A stretch of 61,444 nt of DNA, counting the filler, from Choristocarpus tenellus KU-1152 (taxonomy: Eukaryota; Protista; Phaeophyceae): assembly GCA_964200185.2 (NCBI GenBank). It is 11 parts of 11 records of this genome, joined end to end, with 100 filler letters (N's around TTAATTAATTAA, not from the genome) between each part and the next. Parts side by side here need not be neighbours in the genome. Positions count along the whole stretch, not along the records: positions 56,741 to 61,444 come from CAXNAD020013399.1; 10 more parts are not named here. One strand, 5' to 3'. The notes beneath the pieces were generated by a model. That model made no database searches and was not told where the DNA came from. It was given only the letters and a program-made list of their open reading frames with translations. Made by a program: the position numbers and the translations under genes. Every line of letters starts with the position of its first letter. Position 1 is the stretch's first letter. Below, in pieces: positions 60,221 through 61,444 of this stretch.

Positions 60221-61444
60221 CTGTGCGTGAAAACTAACTCTTTCATCATCTATCTCCCCGAAACGCTCAGCGGCTTGTTGTACTCAAAAAGGCGATTGCA
60301 TTAGCATGGCAGGGGGGGGACGAAAGGTGGAGGAGCTTAAATCACCCGATTATGCAATGGTGGAGGATATACATATATACGTTAAAGACAAGTCAGCATG
60401 CTAAGCGTGCCGGCAAACTAGAAACTCTCACTGTTGTCGGTTGTGTCCTGTTCATTGTATACAAGCTTTGTTTGAAGAAGTAAAGAAAGTATGACAGTGG
60501 TGGTTCCCAAAGACGGGAGTTCCCCTGTGCACTTCAGTGCTGTTTTGCATAGCCTATCCTCTATTGTGGATAGCTACTTGGTTAACCAACTTGAGTTGGC
60601 CTACACCCTCACACCAACATGAGTGACCTCCATCTACCATTCTGGTTTGGGTATATTGTGTGCTCTGATGTGGTTCCTTTGATTTTTCTAGTTAACCTCT
60701 ACTCATTGGATAATTAAGTCAGCATACTATACGCTATAATTGTAGTTTAGGCGAACCGAAATACTAGAAGATGACCAAGTAGGATGGCGCAAAATATCTG
60801 AGGCAAGGAACATTGACTGGACCTTGCTTGTGAGGGATATCCATATTAGGGAGGGGTAGGTAGCAACAGTGAATTGCTTTCCATACATGTGTTTGTCCTG
60901 ATGAACTGCGAACAGGACAATGCTTTGTCCTTCGTGAAACTTTGGACAAAAGACACACATTTATACTATAGTGTGTTACATGGCAATATCAGTCAATGCT
61001 GAGTATGGAGTACAGTAATTTGGTACCTAGCTTGGATCTTTCAGTCTCATGTTAACCAATTATAATTGCGGTTGCTGCAGTACTGTGTGAAATTAGTTTT
61101 GTCCTGGCCATAGTGCACTGTTCTTATTCACATCAGTCTGTGGGATCGCAAACTTGTGGGCAAGAGGTGGTCAGGGGAAAGGAATATGAAATGCTTGAGA
61201 AAAGTGCAAGAAATAGAATAAGAGGAAGGAGGAGATTACTTACGCAGTTGTCAAGGTAACCAAGAAGAATCTAGGCATGGCACACTAACACCCAATACTT
61301 AAGACAGGATAGTGCATAGACATAGTGATAAGTATGGCTTTGAGTGCAAGGTAGAGAGTCTTTCTGATACTGGATGATGGACTTGGGAACAGGGGATTTC
61401 AAAAATTGAGGATGGAGCTTTTAATTGAGGATGGCCTTGACCCA

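Overview
This window is not one locus. It is 11 short eukaryotic contig pieces joined by an artificial 100-nt spacer (N44-TTAATTAATTAA-N44). Spliceosomal introns, (TTAGGG)n motifs, a plant/stramenopile-type mariner and the gene set fit a repeat-rich stramenopile alga, possibly a brown alga (inference). Host genes rebuilt from in-phase splice sites: serine O-acetyltransferase (2 exons), a His-rich Zn-CDF transporter, the NASP/Sim3 histone chaperone, a DusA-type tRNA-dihydrouridine synthase, dihydroxyacetone kinase, Mediator subunit 22 (with a GC-AG intron) and a WD40 exon. Mobile DNA: three decayed mariner copies, a deleted Copia element on a contig with an exact 127-bp terminal overlap, and about 14 MITE copies in three related families sharing the terminal core TCAAAGTATCT with variable 3-bp TSDs. 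Two signals are most interesting. (1) AT-rich fragments of bacterial mutL and prmC, Rickettsiales-like by recognition, sit inside host repeat DNA. (2) An unrecognised intron-containing, multicopy, decaying gene family occurs as four segments on three contigs, with conserved exon boundaries and a C-terminal CxxH...CxxH motif; one copy appears to be interrupted by the mutL fragment. All homology calls come from motif recognition by eye; no database search was run.
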